From the human T2T-CHM13v2.0 reference genome, Homo sapiens, in the NCBI RefSeq assembly GCF_009914755.1, contig NC_060931.1: a stretch of 64,000 nucleotides of DNA. One strand, given 5' to 3'. Under the pieces are notes generated by a model that saw only the letters and a list, made by a program, of their open reading frames with translations, was not told the origin of the DNA and did no database searches. This document shows positions 1 to 13,530 of this stretch, in pieces. Numbering within the stretch: the first letter of the stretch is position 1; every line of letters starts with the position of its first letter. A program made the translations under genes and the position numbers.

Positions 1-62
1 TCCCAAAGTGCTGGGATTATAGGCATGAGCCACCAAGCCTGGGCACGTTCTTACTCTGTTAG

Positions 63-548
<486 letters not shown>

Positions 549-735
549 TAAGCTTAGAAGTAGCAGCCTCTTCAGCTGGGGTGGGTGACAGTGGTAGGGA
601 GGCCATCCTGGCCATGTGCCCAGGGCAGTTATGAGTGCTTCATGTCTTGTGTTAGGGGATGACAGAGTACCCTCTGGGATGCACACCTAGACACAACTGA
701 CGACTGCCCTTTTTATTCCATTTTTGTCGTTACAG

Positions 736-843
736 GAAAAGTCTTGCACGAGGAGCATGTTGAACTCTTGATGGAGGAATTCGCTTTCCTGAAAAAAGAA
801 GTGGTGGGGAAAGACCTGCTGAAAGGGTCGCTCCTCTTCACAG
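736..843 (+). CDS. BLVRA: Biliverdin reductase A, internal coding exon (third from last)
   Basis: Acceptor ttacag|G at 735/736 and donor CAG|gtcagt at 843/844. Translates (G)[35 protein letters not shown](A), matching recalled human BLVRA. Phase is compatible with the next exon. Confidence 0.97.
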
Positions 844-1199
844 GTCAGTGCTACGTGGGATCACAGGTCACATGTGAGGTCCAAAGACCAGCCAGATTCT
901 TTCCTGGCTCTCTGGGATGGGAGCTTATATTCATTTCTGCTCAAGACTCTCTGACTCAGGGCCACTTAATTTTCCCAGATGGGATTTAATTCCTTGGTGG
1001 CCCTTGGGTAAAGAGTATATTAGAAATCTCAAGCATATTTGTGCTCTGTCCCAACCTATTAACTAGTTGGAGATTATTTTTCAACAGGAAGTTGTACATT
1101 AAAACTCTTTTAAAAGGATGAGAGGTGCTTGGAGAGGAGAACATTTTTATACTTCCTTGCAAAGCAAATATAATATGAAGAGCTCCCTTCCTCCTCTAG

Positions 1200-1566
<367 letters not shown>

Positions 1567-2118
1567 GACCACAGTATCTGATCTGTATTTGTAGCTGTTT
1601 ACTTGATGTTGGTCACTCTTTGAGCAGCTCCGTTAGCAATAGGAAATGGGCATGCAGGAAGCTCCTGCTCTTGTGGCCACTTTTGGATGGGCTCCTTCTC
1701 TGGCCGTATCGTTGGGCACCTGGGCCACCATTCCTGAGGGCTTTCATTACAGAAAGGAGACCCTGACATGGCCTGGCATTTTTGCACGGTAAAGCCACTG
1801 ATACATAGTAGAACCTCATTTCAAAATCTGTCTTCATCCTTGAAAATGGTAATATAATGAGAGTACAAACCATTAATTTGTACAAGAAACTGTGTTAAGT
1901 AAGTTAAGTACAAGTAACTGTGATGTGCATTAATCCATATGACAATCCTATAAAGTGGTATTCACTACCCCCATTATACAGATAAACTGAAGTTCAGAGG
2001 CATGAGTGGCTTCACAGAGGTAACGTAGCGGTCATGAGACAGAGCTGGATTGGAGCTCAGCTCTCTAAGTGGCTGGAACTGTTGTGGGTGGCTGCTTAGT
2101 ATTCTGTCCAAAGAACTA

Positions 2119-2430
2119 GGCTGGGCATAGTGGCTCACGCCTGTAATTCCAGCACTTGGGGAAGCTGAGGCTGGTGGATCACCTGAGGTCAGGAGTTTGA
2201 GACCAGTCTGGCCAACATGGTGAAACACCGTCTCTACTAAAAAAAAAAAATACAAAAATTAGTCGGGCATGGTGGCACGCACCTGTAATTTCAGCTACTT
2301 GAAAGGCTGAGGCAAGAAAATCGCTTTAACCCAGGAGGCAGAGGTTGTAGTGAGCCGAGATCGCACCACTGCACAGCCTAGGTGACAACGAGACTCTGTC
2401 TCAAAAACAAACAAACAAACAAACAAAAAA
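2119..2430 (+). mobile_element. Alu (AluS-like)
   Basis: GGCTGGGC start, (AAAC)n tail, aaagaacta TSD. Confidence 0.9.
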
Positions 2431-2773
2431 GAACTAGAGCAGACAGTAACCAGCCCTGGGGAAGTCTTTTTGTTTTGTAAGTTTGATACTTAGGCCCCAG
2501 TGATTTCAAACCATATTGTCTATGAAAATTCTAATTTTTGTTTGGTTTTATATATAACTTATTACTTTTTAAGAATATACTCATTGTTATTAGTCATTGT
2601 TTTAAGTGAATATCAAGGTCATAAGAAATGTTTTGTTTATAATGTAATGTAACAGATATGAAGTCTTTTAAACTTAGGTTATGTTTAAGATTTTGGCTGG
2701 AGGCAGACGGGAGCAGTATCTTGACCAAATGGATTTCTCACACCAATACTCTTTTTTATGTTTATATATATAT

Positions 2774-3299
2774 ATTTTTTTGAAATAGGGTATCACTCTG
2801 TCACCCAGGCTGGAATGCAGTGGTACAATTATGGCTCACTGTAACCTCGAACTCCTCAGGCCCAGATGATCCTCCCACCTTAGCTTCCTGAGTAGCTGGG
2901 GCTGCAGGTGTGCACCACGACACCCGCCTAATTTTGTGTGTTTTTTTGTAGAGACAGAGTCTTGCTATGTTGCCTAGGCTGGTCTTGAACTCCTGGGCGC
3001 AAGCAGTCTGCCAGCCTTGGCCTCCCGAAGTGCTGGTATTATAGGCATGAGCTACTGTACGTGGCCTTTTTAGGCTTACTGCAACCTCTGCCTCCCGGGC
3101 TAAGGTGATTCTCCTGCCTCAGCCTCCCAAGTAGCTGGGGTTACAGGCACCCGTCACTATGCCCGGGTAATTTTTGTATTTTTTTTTACTAGAGACGGGG
3201 TTTTGCCATGTTGGCCAGGCTAGTCTCGAACTCAAGTGATCCACCCACCTTGGCCTCCCAAAGTGCTGGGACTACAGGCGTGAGCCACCACGCCTGGCC
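2774..3299 (-). mobile_element. Two tandem reverse Alus (2774-3066, ~3073-3299)
   Basis: Two Alu bodies flanked by a ccaatactctttt direct repeat. Confidence 0.85.
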
Positions 3300-3545
3300 C
3301 CAATACTCTTTTGAGTGTACTTTTTTGTTCACAAGATTAGGAAGACTAAGAAAACATTTAACATTGTATCAATTTTCTTGATATTGAAATAGCTCAAAGG
3401 TATTACCATTTTCTCCATAGCTATTATAATACCTTCATACCTTATTGCCACTTACACATCAGGTAGTTATAAGAATACAGGCTTGCAGGGCTAAAATACT
3501 TTGATTCTTCTACTTTTACCAGACTACTTTAAATCACTAAAGAGG

Positions 3546-3631
3546 ATATATATATATGTATATGTAGGTATGTGTTGTGTGTGTGTGTGTGTGTGTATGT
3601 ATATCTACATATGTGTACATAGATGTATATA
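3546..3631. repeat. (TA)n/(TG)n microsatellite
   Basis: Visible dinucleotide runs. Confidence 0.85.
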
Positions 3632-3943
3632 TTAGAAGCCTGAAACTTTTTTATTATCCTGTTTGGCTGGATTGACTGCTGTTTCCAGTAGAATGTTTTA
3701 CTAAAACTCAATTTAATAAACAGGAAAAGACAGAGATGCTTTTATGATAGAGTTGAAGTTCAGCCACCTGAGTTTTCATCAGTATCATTAATCACGTTGC
3801 CTGCCTACCACATAAGGCAAGGTCCCATTGTACTGATCACTCGGCCACATCTTTTCACACCCCCGCCACCCCCACCCCCCTGTCCTGCTTTCCACTTGGC
3901 ATTCCTGCTTCCCAGTTCCCACAGCATTTGTGATTTCCCACAG

Positions 3944-4115
3944 CTGGCCCGTTGGAAGAAGAGCGGTTTGGCTTCCCTGCATTCAGCGGCATCTCTCGCC
4001 TGACCTGGCTGGTCTCCCTCTTTGGGGAGCTTTCTCTTGTGTCTGCCACTTTGGAAGAGCGAAAGGAAGATCAGTATATGAAAATGACAGTATGTCTGGA
4101 GACAGAGAAGAAAAG
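3944..4115 (+). CDS. BLVRA: Biliverdin reductase A, penultimate exon
   Basis: Acceptor cccacag|CT and donor AAG|gtaagt. Translates (A)[56 protein letters not shown](S). Confidence 0.97.
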
Positions 4116-4423
4116 GTAAGTCATGAGAAGCCATGAGGAGGAGGAAATTTAAGGACATCCTAGTACATTTGCAGGTATGATCCAAAGGGAGCCCCGAGGG
4201 GCTAGACCCTCACTCCCAGCTCCAGAAGGGCTGTCTGCTTCTGCAGATGGAGTGCTGAGATTGCACTTGTGTTGCCTCATCTCATCCTCTCAGCAGCCCT
4301 GTGAGGTAAAGAAGACAAACATAATCCCATCTGCCAGTCAGTAGACAGAGGCTTACAGAATGCCAGCAGGTTGCCTAAGTCATGCAAGTCATTCATAGCA
4401 GATTAGTAGTGGAAATTACATTA

Positions 4424-4771
<348 letters not shown>

Positions 4772-5507
4772 TTATGAAAGTTTTCGGGCATATTGTGAAG
4801 TTGAAAGAATTTTTAAGTAAACACCCATCCACCTACTCCCTAGACCCTGCCATTAACACTGTACATGTTCCCCGCAGGGCCACACATTCACCCCTCAGTG
4901 CAGCCAGAGTGTGAGGGTCTGTGTTTCAGCTTTAGCATCCCATCACCCTGTCACACTGTTCCCAAAACATTCTGACTTATTTCTCATACCAGGTCTTTTT
5001 TAACAAAAGCACATTCATAATTTTCCTCCCAAAGCACCTGGGCTCTGTAAATTATTTAGAACAGTAAGGGTTTTAGAGTGTTTCTGGATGCCTTTGCAGA
5101 GAGGTGGGTCTCCTGGTAGTAAAAGAAGCAGACATTGGGTATTTTAAAAAGAAAAAAGAATTTGAGTTCCTGAATGAAGCCTGATCTAGTCCATTTTGAG
5201 GAGTTTCTTCTTCGCTAGGAAAAGGCAGAGAGGCCTGGCAGATGAAAGCAAAGCACATGGAACTTGGCAGTGCTCCCTATGGAGTGACCAACAGTGGTGG
5301 CCCGGGCTCTGGTGTGGCCATGTGAGTGTTAGGATTGCAGCCGTGGTCAGACCTATACACAGACAGTTGTAGCACCCTGTAATTAGAGGTAAAGATACTG
5401 TAGGGTGCTGTAGGAGCACAGGGAAGGGGAACCTGGACTAGGTCAGCTCATGGTTCTGATGGGAGGCGGTGCCTTGTTTGGTCTTGAAGTTGAGTAGAAG
5501 TCAATGA

Positions 5508-5849
<342 letters not shown>

Positions 5850-5974
5850 TGACTCTCATTTTTGCACAGGAGAGGCAAGCATCAGATGAGGGATTGGGAC
5901 AGAGAGCAGTTAATATAATATAATAGTAACTTCTTAAAATCATAGTACTTTCCGTGTCCCAAATTGCATTTTTA

Positions 5975-6131
5975 AATTTTTTTATCTATTTATTTATTTA
6001 TTTTGAGACCGGGTTATGAGACTGGCTGATTTTCGTATTTTTGGGTAAGATGGGTTTTTGCTATACTGTCTAGGCCGGTCTCAAATTCCTGGGCTCAAGC
6101 GATCCACCCACATCAGCCTCCACGCCTGGCC
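5975..6131 (-). mobile_element. Monomeric (FLAM-like) Alu derivative with atypical 3' end
   Basis: Left-monomer sequence, a short non-Alu segment and an (AAAT)n tail, flanked by a 15-bp TSD caaa(t/c)tgcattttta. Confidence 0.75.
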
Positions 6132-6283
6132 ACAAACTGCATTTTTATCTCACAATGTCACAGCAAGATAGGTAAAGCTGTATACTTATTACCATTACTT
6201 ATTTTTACTAGTGAGGAAATTGAGGTACAAGAAAGATCTTGACATTCTGCATTCCCTCAAATCCCAAGATTCCATATTATTTA

Positions 6284-6598
<315 letters not shown>

Positions 6599-6700
6599 TT
6601 AGGCAGACTATGTAGAATACCTCAAGTTTATTTTTATTCAGTGCCAAAATAAAAGTTAATCTTTGTTGCCATCTCCCAGAACATTTGCTAGACTGTACTA

Positions 6701-7096
<396 letters not shown>

Positions 7097-7242
7097 TCAC
7101 CCACAGCCTCTGGGAGGCTGGTGGCTGCAAGGAGGATGGGTGCCTGACAAGGACATGTTACCAGGCGGTCTGGTGCCAGCAAGCACCCACTTGTGCTCTT
7201 GTGTAATCTCTAACATGATTCTTTTGTCTTTTGTCTTTGCAG

Positions 7243-7501
7243 TCCACTGTCATGGATTGAAGAAAAAGGACCTGGTCTAAAACGAAACAGATATTTAAGC
7301 TTCCATTTCAAGTCTGGGTCCTTGGAGAATGTGCCAAATGTAGGAGTGAATAAGAACATATTTCTGAAAGATCAAAATATATTTGTCCAGAAACTCTTGG
7401 GCCAGTTCTCTGAGAAGGAACTGGCTGCTGAAAAGAAACGCATCCTGCACTGCCTGGGGCTTGCAGAAGAAATCCAGAAATATTGCTGTTCAAGGAAGTA
7501 A
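7243..7501 (+). CDS. BLVRA: Biliverdin reductase A, last coding exon
   Basis: Polypyrimidine tract plus tttgcag|T acceptor. Translates (S)[30 protein letters not shown]...[20 protein letters not shown], with TAA at 7499-7501. Confidence 0.97.
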
Positions 7502-7583
7502 GAGGAGGAGGTGATGTAGCACTTCCAAGATGGCACCAGCATTTGGTTCTTCTCAAGAGTTGACCATTATCTCTATTCTTAAA

Positions 7584-7589
7584 ATTAAA
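7584..7589 (+). terminator. BLVRA: BLVRA polyadenylation signal (ATTAAA variant)
   Basis: ATTAAA ~83 nt after the stop codon, followed by GT/T-rich sequence (ttattgttatg, tatgttggg). Confidence 0.75.
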
Positions 7590-7766
7590 CATGTTGGGGA
7601 AACAAGAATCTTATTGTTATGAGCTATGTTGGGATATTTGGGGTTAGGGGCTATGCAGTGGGGACAAGGCGAGAATGAGCGTTGGTTGAGCTGAGCTAAA
7701 TGCTTTGTATGTCTGATTTCACTTACTCCTCCTAACAGCCCTATGAGATGAGTACTAGCAGGCCTC

Positions 7767-8070
7767 TTTTTTTTTTTTTTTTTTTTTTTTGAGAGTCTCA
7801 CTGTGTCACCCAGGATGGAGTGTAGTGGCACCATCTCGGTTCACTGCAGCTTCCACCTCCTGGGTTCAATCAGTTATCCTGCCTCAGTCTCCCAAGGAGC
7901 TGAGGATTACAGGCGCGTGCCTAATCCTGGCTAATTTTTGTAGTTTTAGTAGAGATGAGGTTTCGCCACGTTAGCCAGCCTGGTCTCGCTCGAACTCCCA
8001 ACCTCAGGTAATCCACCTGCCTCGGCCTCCCAAAGTGCTGGGATTAGAGGCATGAGCCACCATGCCTGGC
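7767..8070 (-). mobile_element. Alu
   Basis: Reverse Alu with cagg(c/t)ctctttt TSD. Confidence 0.9.
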
Positions 8071-8660
8071 ACCAGGTCTCTTTTCATTGTATACTAGAAA
8101 ATGTTGTTTGAACAGAACCCTCCGAGATGATAGAGTCACCGCCCTTCTGCTCTCGTGTTCTCAGCTGCCCTATCTACCCTGCAGGTTGCTGCTGCTGCTG
8201 GAGCCCACGCAGGTCATGTGCCACTGTGGCATTTCCTAAACACTCCTGCCTCTGAAGGTGGCACCCCATGCCCCAGTCACAATTCTTTCAGAGTGTCACA
8301 GAAGGAAAGAATCCACATGTATTCCTCAGCAGTCTGTCCCTCTGTCCAATTTGAAGAAAAAAAAAGCCCTTAATCCCGCTGTACTAATGCTCCTAAGTGT
8401 TGAGGGGTCCTTCAGGAGGGCCTTGTGTCTCCAGGCAAGAGTGACCACAGAGGTGCCCTTTGCCCCTCAGCCCCTCTCCCTGTGGCAGCAGTGACCTGCC
8501 TGTCTGGTGAAGCTGGAAAAGGGACTAAACACATGACACCCAGCCACCTTCTCCCTCTGAACCGACATCCTTAGGATGCACCCAAGCTTGTCCACGTGGC
8601 AGGTGACTAAAGCAGACTCTTCCTCTGCAAGTAGGTGACCTGCAGCTGTGATGAAGAATT

Positions 8661-8810
8661 GAGTTACCCTAAGACAGGGCAGTTACCCTAAGACAGAGCC
8701 TAAGACAGTTACCCTAAGACAGAGCCTAAGAGTTACCCTAAGAGTTTAAGAGCCTAAGACAGAGTTACCCTAAGGTGGAGCCTAAGAGTTACCCTAAGAC
8801 AGAGTTACCC
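8661..8810. repeat. Irregular minisatellite built from AGTTACCCTAAG / ACAGAGCCTAAG modules
   Basis: Seven AGTTACCC cores (8662, 8681, 8707, 8731, 8763, 8787, 8803). The array resumes after the provirus at 25937-25970. Confidence 0.9.
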
Positions 8811-9288
8811 TGCAGGGAGCCAAAGGCCCGCGGGACGTGACCAACTCAGCATTCCGCTGGAGGCTATATGATCAAACAGCGAACTGTTTATCATGAATGC
8901 AGGATGTGGGCAAACTCACACTGCCTTGCCACCAAAATGTTTGCTGAGGGACATCATGCCCTGGCGCCGGGCTCCTGGAAGTTATCTATTGAGAAATCTA
9001 GCGCCTATTGTTCACAAGCCCGCTGTGAACCAAACGGCTGACTGACAATTACCCGACAACCATCCTCCCACTTTCTTGCTGTCTCTTTCACCTAATAAAT
9101 ACAGAGGGCTGTGTAAAGCTCACGGCCCTTGTCCACTAGAGGCAAGATGCCCCTTGACCTCTTCTTCCAAATATACTCTTTTGTGTCTTGTCTTTTATTC
9201 CCACATTCGCCCCCCTTTGTTCAGTCCCCCGAGGTCCATGCAGGTTACAAGTGGCACCCCAAACAGCAACAGGATCAGGTGCTCTGCA
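8811..9288 (+). mobile_element. 5' LTR, LTR3 family (HML-6)
   Basis: Starts TGCAGGGAGCCAAAGGCCC, matching the recalled LTR3 consensus. Ends GTGCTCTGCA, the same end as the 3' remnant at 25891-25936. Confidence 0.8.
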
Positions 9289-9291
9289 TAG

Positions 9292-9310
9292 TGGCATCCG
9301 AACACAGGAC
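9292..9310 (+). promoter_or_regulatory. Primer-binding site, tRNA-Lys type (degenerate)
   Basis: TGGCATCCGAACACAGGAC versus canonical Lys3 PBS TGGCGCCCGAACAGGGAC, directly after the LTR end. Confidence 0.7.
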
Positions 9311-9510
9311 TTCGAGGACATGAATGAAGAAAGTCCGCTGGAGCAGAGGAACTGAAATTGACAAGGCGAATGGGGACCCCGAAACGAGTCTGCCAGCAGC
9401 AGAGATAAGGTCAGTGCCCTAAAGAGGTACTGATCAGTGCCGTAAAGAGGTACTGGGAGCAGTGCTTTAAAGAAGTACTAGGAACAGGAAGTTTTCTGAA
9501 TCAGGCTAAC

Positions 9511-10440
9511 AAGGGGAAGAATTTGTCTATTGAAGAAAAACATTATGTGCAGTTGCTTAAAGTTCTGTAGAGACAGTCTGGAGCTTAGGTTAATTCGCAG
9601 ACACTAACCTCCTGCAGAAGCCACAAAAGGTTATTACGCATAACCCATGGTTCCCACAGGCAGGCATCCTTGATATGGAAAATTGAGACAAAGCAGGAGA
9701 AGGATTAAAACAGGCTCATCGAAAAGGTCTTAGCTGATTCTTAGTTGATTCTTCTGTTTTCTCCACTTGGAGTTTAGTTTGTACTGTACTTCTACCATTA
9801 TCTCCTTATTATTCTGTGGGACAACAGCCTGAATCTAAAAATCTGAAAGAATATGTTGTCCCACCCACAGCTCCAATTGAAAATAAAAAACAGAGAGGAT
9901 AAAAATTGGCCTATACCGCCTCCTCCAATTGCAGAAACATCTGTACTGCCTCCTTCAGTAGCACAAATAGAAACCCCAATACAAAGAATTTTACGCTCTG
10001 CTGTCATAGCTGGAGAGCCCTTAGGACCTTGCGCTGTTCCTGTTTCCATAAGGCCTGATCCCAATAATCCACAGCAGTTTATTCATGAACACACCCCACT
10101 AGAATTTCAGTTGTTGAAGGAATTAAAAACTAGTGTGGTCAATAATGGAGTACAAAGCCCATGGTTCCCAGAGGAAAGAACACTAGATGTAGAACTCTGG
10201 GAACAAGTGGGGAGAAATCTTAAACAACATCAGGTGCAAAGGCATCAGGTCCCAGTAAAATCTTTAATGTTATGGGCTTTAATTAGAGCAGCCCTGGCTC
10301 AGTTACACACAGAAGAGCCTAAAAAGAGGAAGGAGGAGAAAATGTCACCTGCCTTATCACCTCCTCTTCCCTCAGTCCCAATATCACTGGGTCAAAATAA
10401 CAGGAAACGGAGGTCTCACCTAAGTCTCCTCCTCCAATAG
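9511..10440 (+). pseudogene. gag: Betaretroviral gag remnant with two matrix-domain segments
   Basis: GKNLSIEEKHYVQLLKVL*RQSG...HNPWFPQAGILDMEN*, with stops and frameshifts. ORF 9853-10440 then carries a proline-rich/early capsid region and a second PWFPEERTLDVELWEQVGRNLKQ matrix segment. Confidence 0.8.
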
Positions 10441-10479
10441 ATAGGAAAAAGGACAGAGGATATGCTATAGCCATCAGTG

Positions 10480-10927
10480 TGTTAGATATGAGTTCTAAAT
10501 TTCTCTTTAAAGAATCAGTATGTCAGTATGTTCAATTCTTTGCCTTCTACTTGTAAACTTAACTTCCTCATAAAGCAACCTTTTTCGATTACCTGCTCCA
10601 TCCTGACTCATTCCGATTTCCTGCTCTGCCATAACCATTTTTCCCGCCAAACCACTCACCCTGTCACTCTCTTTAAATTAGCCAGTTGGAGTTAGTTTGG
10701 CCTGTGTGGTCTAACCCTAGCCAATAGGGGAATGACACAGCAGCAGGGGCCATGTGCATCAGGGATAAGAACCCTTTCCCCTCCCTTGTCCAGGTGTGCA
10801 CTCAACCATTGCTCCATCTGTAAGGGCGCACCCTTCTGTAGAAGTACATTGACTTGCTGAGAATTAAAAAGAAAATTTTATATTCAAGTGCTATTTCTTT
10901 TGCGGCACCGAAACTTTACTTAAAACA
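10480..10927 (+). mobile_element. LTR10F-like 5' LTR of outer HERV-IP
   Basis: TGTTAGATATGAG...TTAAAACA. Contains AP-1 TGACTCA (10604-10610), CCAAT and ATTAAA. Confidence 0.85.
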
Positions 10928-10930
10928 ACT

Positions 10931-10948
10931 TGGGGGCTCGCCTGTGAT
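10931..10948 (+). promoter_or_regulatory. Primer-binding site, tRNA-Pro
   Basis: TGGGGGCTCGCCTGTGAT matches TGGGGGCTCGTCCGGGAT at 15/18 positions. Confidence 0.8.
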
Positions 10949-11309
10949 TACATTCCCCTCCAGGGTTAGTCTCAAGTCCTCTCTCATGAGGAGGCGCGCC
11001 CCGCCCCCTTGTGGCAGCCTCAGGGGTGAGAAATTAGGACCCACCCAGTGCAAGGAATAACCCGAGCTCTCAGCAAAGCAAAAAGAAACTGGCCAGCAAC
11101 CTAGCTGGATCCTCCATAATGGCCTCCATAACGGCCATGCAAGTCTGTGCACGGACGGAGGAAAAGACACCACGGGAGCCGGTAAAGTATATCCTTGGTG
11201 GTCAGGACCAAGGTAAGAAAGCCGCGGGGGGGCAATGAAGTACTCCTTGGTTGGGGTAGCATAGAGGTTAAAAAGAGGCAAGACATCACACAAACCTCCA
11301 GTAGTAGAA

Positions 11310-11470
11310 AAGGCAAGAAATTTCCAGGGGGGAAATTGAGCTCACCCCAAAAGGCAAGAGATTTCCAGTGGGGAAATTGAGCCTCACCCCAAAAGGCAAG
11401 AAATTTCCAGTGGGGGAAATTGAGCCTCACCCCAAAAGGCAAGAAATTTCCAGTAAGGGAAATTGAACCT
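11310..11470 (+). repeat. 42-bp leader tandem repeat, 3 full + 1 partial copies
   Basis: Unit AAGGCAAGAAATTTCCAGTGGGGAAATTGAGCCTCACCCCAA. Confidence 0.92.
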
Positions 11471-11495
11471 TGAACCTTAACCCAAAACCATCAAG

Positions 11496-12907
11496 ATGGG
11501 AAATACCCCAAGCAAGACAGGGAGCAAGATAAATAAAGATGGTAACAAAGATATCATCCTGGATGGCCCCCTAGGTCTCATGTTAAAATACTGGAAGGAT
11601 AATGAAAGGACTAAACATAGGAAAAAGCAACAAATGATAAAATATTTCTGTTTTATTTGGACTCAGGGACCCATCCTCAAATCCTTGATCTTCTGGCCAA
11701 AGTTTATGTCGAATAAGGATGTAATGTGTCAGCTTCTAATCCGACGTGTTAATGATAAAGGTCCAGTGTCTCAAGAATTAGGCTATGCCCTTTGCTAGAG
11801 GCAAGGACCTACTCTCCTTTTTCCCTTAAAAACAGATAGGGAAGAACCCAATCTGGCACCTCAAAATGAAAAGTCAGAGGAGCCAGTTCTCATGCCTAAA
11901 AATTCCAGCACATGGGATCCCCTAGACTATCTTTCCCCGTTCAGTGTCCCCAATCTTTCCCCTCAGACAGCCACTGCTGCCTCAGATCCTGTTCCAAATC
12001 CCCACCTCTACTCTCGTTATCCCTCCTCCTTAAAACCCTGACTCTTAGGAATTACCATCCCACCCGCCTGTTCCCTCCCAACCTAAATACCCCTCTCTAA
12101 AAGGACTCCAGCGTGAGGTAGAACAGTGTAAAAAAGGATATTCAGAATTTCCCATTTCCCTCCGTATCTAAGGGTTCAGCCCCGACCCTCTTCCCTTTGA
12201 AAGAGGTACCACAAGGAGGGGTGGGGGAGGGGGGCACTTGCTTTGTAAATGCTCCCTTGACCAGTTCAGAAGTCCGGAATTTTTAAAAGGAGCTTAAACC
12301 GCTACTAGATGACCCTTACAGAGTGGCAGACCATATTGACCAATTCTTAGAACCTCAGTTGTATACTTGGGTCGAGTTAATGTCCATCTTGGGCATCCTC
12401 TTTTCAGGGGAAGAAAGGAGTATAACTCGTAGGGCTGCTATGGTAGTTTGGGAACATAAGCACACTCCCGTTGAAAATGTTCCTACCATGGACCAGAAAT
12501 TCTCCGCTCGAAACCCCTGGTGGGACAATAACAACGCAGATCACTGCGAAAATATGCAGGACCTAAGGGAGATGATAATAACAGGGATTTGGGAATCAGT
12601 ACCCTGAACCCCAAATCTTTCTAAAGCATTTGATATACAACAGGAAAAGGATGAAGGGCCTATGAGATTCCTAGACAGACTGAGGGAGCAAATGAGGTAA
12701 TATGCAGGCCTCGATTTGGATGATCCCCTTGGGCAAGGAATGTTGAAACTCCAATTTGTCACTAAAAGTTGGCCAGACATTTCAAAAAAGTTACAAAAGA
12801 CAGACAATTGGGAAGACTGTCTCCTAAGTGAGTTTCTCAGGGAAGCTCAGAAAGTATACTTGAAAAGGGACAAAGAAAAACAGAAACAAAAGACAAAACT
12901 TATGTTT
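11496..12907 (+). pseudogene. gag: Gammaretrovirus-like gag remnant (outer HERV-IP)
   Basis: MGNTPSK myristoylation start and MA/CA fragments (ORFs 11496, 12323, 12716, including QFVTKSWPDISKKLQK). Multiple stops. Confidence 0.85.
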
Positions 12908-13075
12908 TGGGGAAAGAGAGAGAGAGAGAGGAGGCAGAGAGAGAGAGAGGAAGAGACAAAGAGGGAGTCAAAGAGAAAGAGAAAGGCAGAGAGAGAGGAA
13001 GAGACAGAGAGGGAGTCAGAGAGAAACACAAAGTTAAAGAGAGAAAGAGAGAGATAGAAGTAGTAAAGAGAAAAC
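12908..13075 (+). repeat. AG-rich low-complexity tract within HERV-IP internal region
   Basis: (GA)n-like purine tract, with a homologous tract at ~15740-16005. Confidence 0.85.
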
Positions 13076-13530
13076 AGTGTACATTATTTCTTTAAAAGCC
13101 AGGGTAAATTTAAAACCTATAATTGATAATTGAAGGTCTTCTCTGTGACCCTGTAACACTCCAATACCACCTTTCTGTCAGTGTAAACAAGGGCGTAGCC
13201 CAAGAGCACTGAGGCCACTGATAATCCATAGCCTTCCTAATCAAAAATCCGTAACCCATGGATGGCCCAAATACATTCAATCTGTAGCAACAACTGCTTT
13301 GCTAACAGAAGAAAGTATGAGGCTATTCGGTTAAAAAAAAATGATTCAACATTAACTACTGAAAATTCCCTTAACCCAGCAGATTTCCTAACAGGGTATC
13401 TAAATCTCAATTAATTACTATAAAAAGGTCTGACCAGACCTAGGAGGAACTCCCTTCAGGACAGGATGATAGATGGTTCCTCCTGGGTGTTTGAGAGAAA
13501 AAGACACAATGGGTATTCAGTAACTGATAG

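Noticed and set aside
744-989. 81-aa ORF as a stand-alone gene
   Set aside because: It is the BLVRA exon read through its splice donor into the intron.
8661-8810. Repeat array as CRISPR or a true telomere seed
   Set aside because: Intervening bits are reshuffled modules of the same repeat, and CCCTAA is never tandem.
12716-13095. Arg/Glu-rich coiled-coil-like ORFs (also 15503-16038)
   Set aside because: Translations of the AG-rich low-complexity tract.
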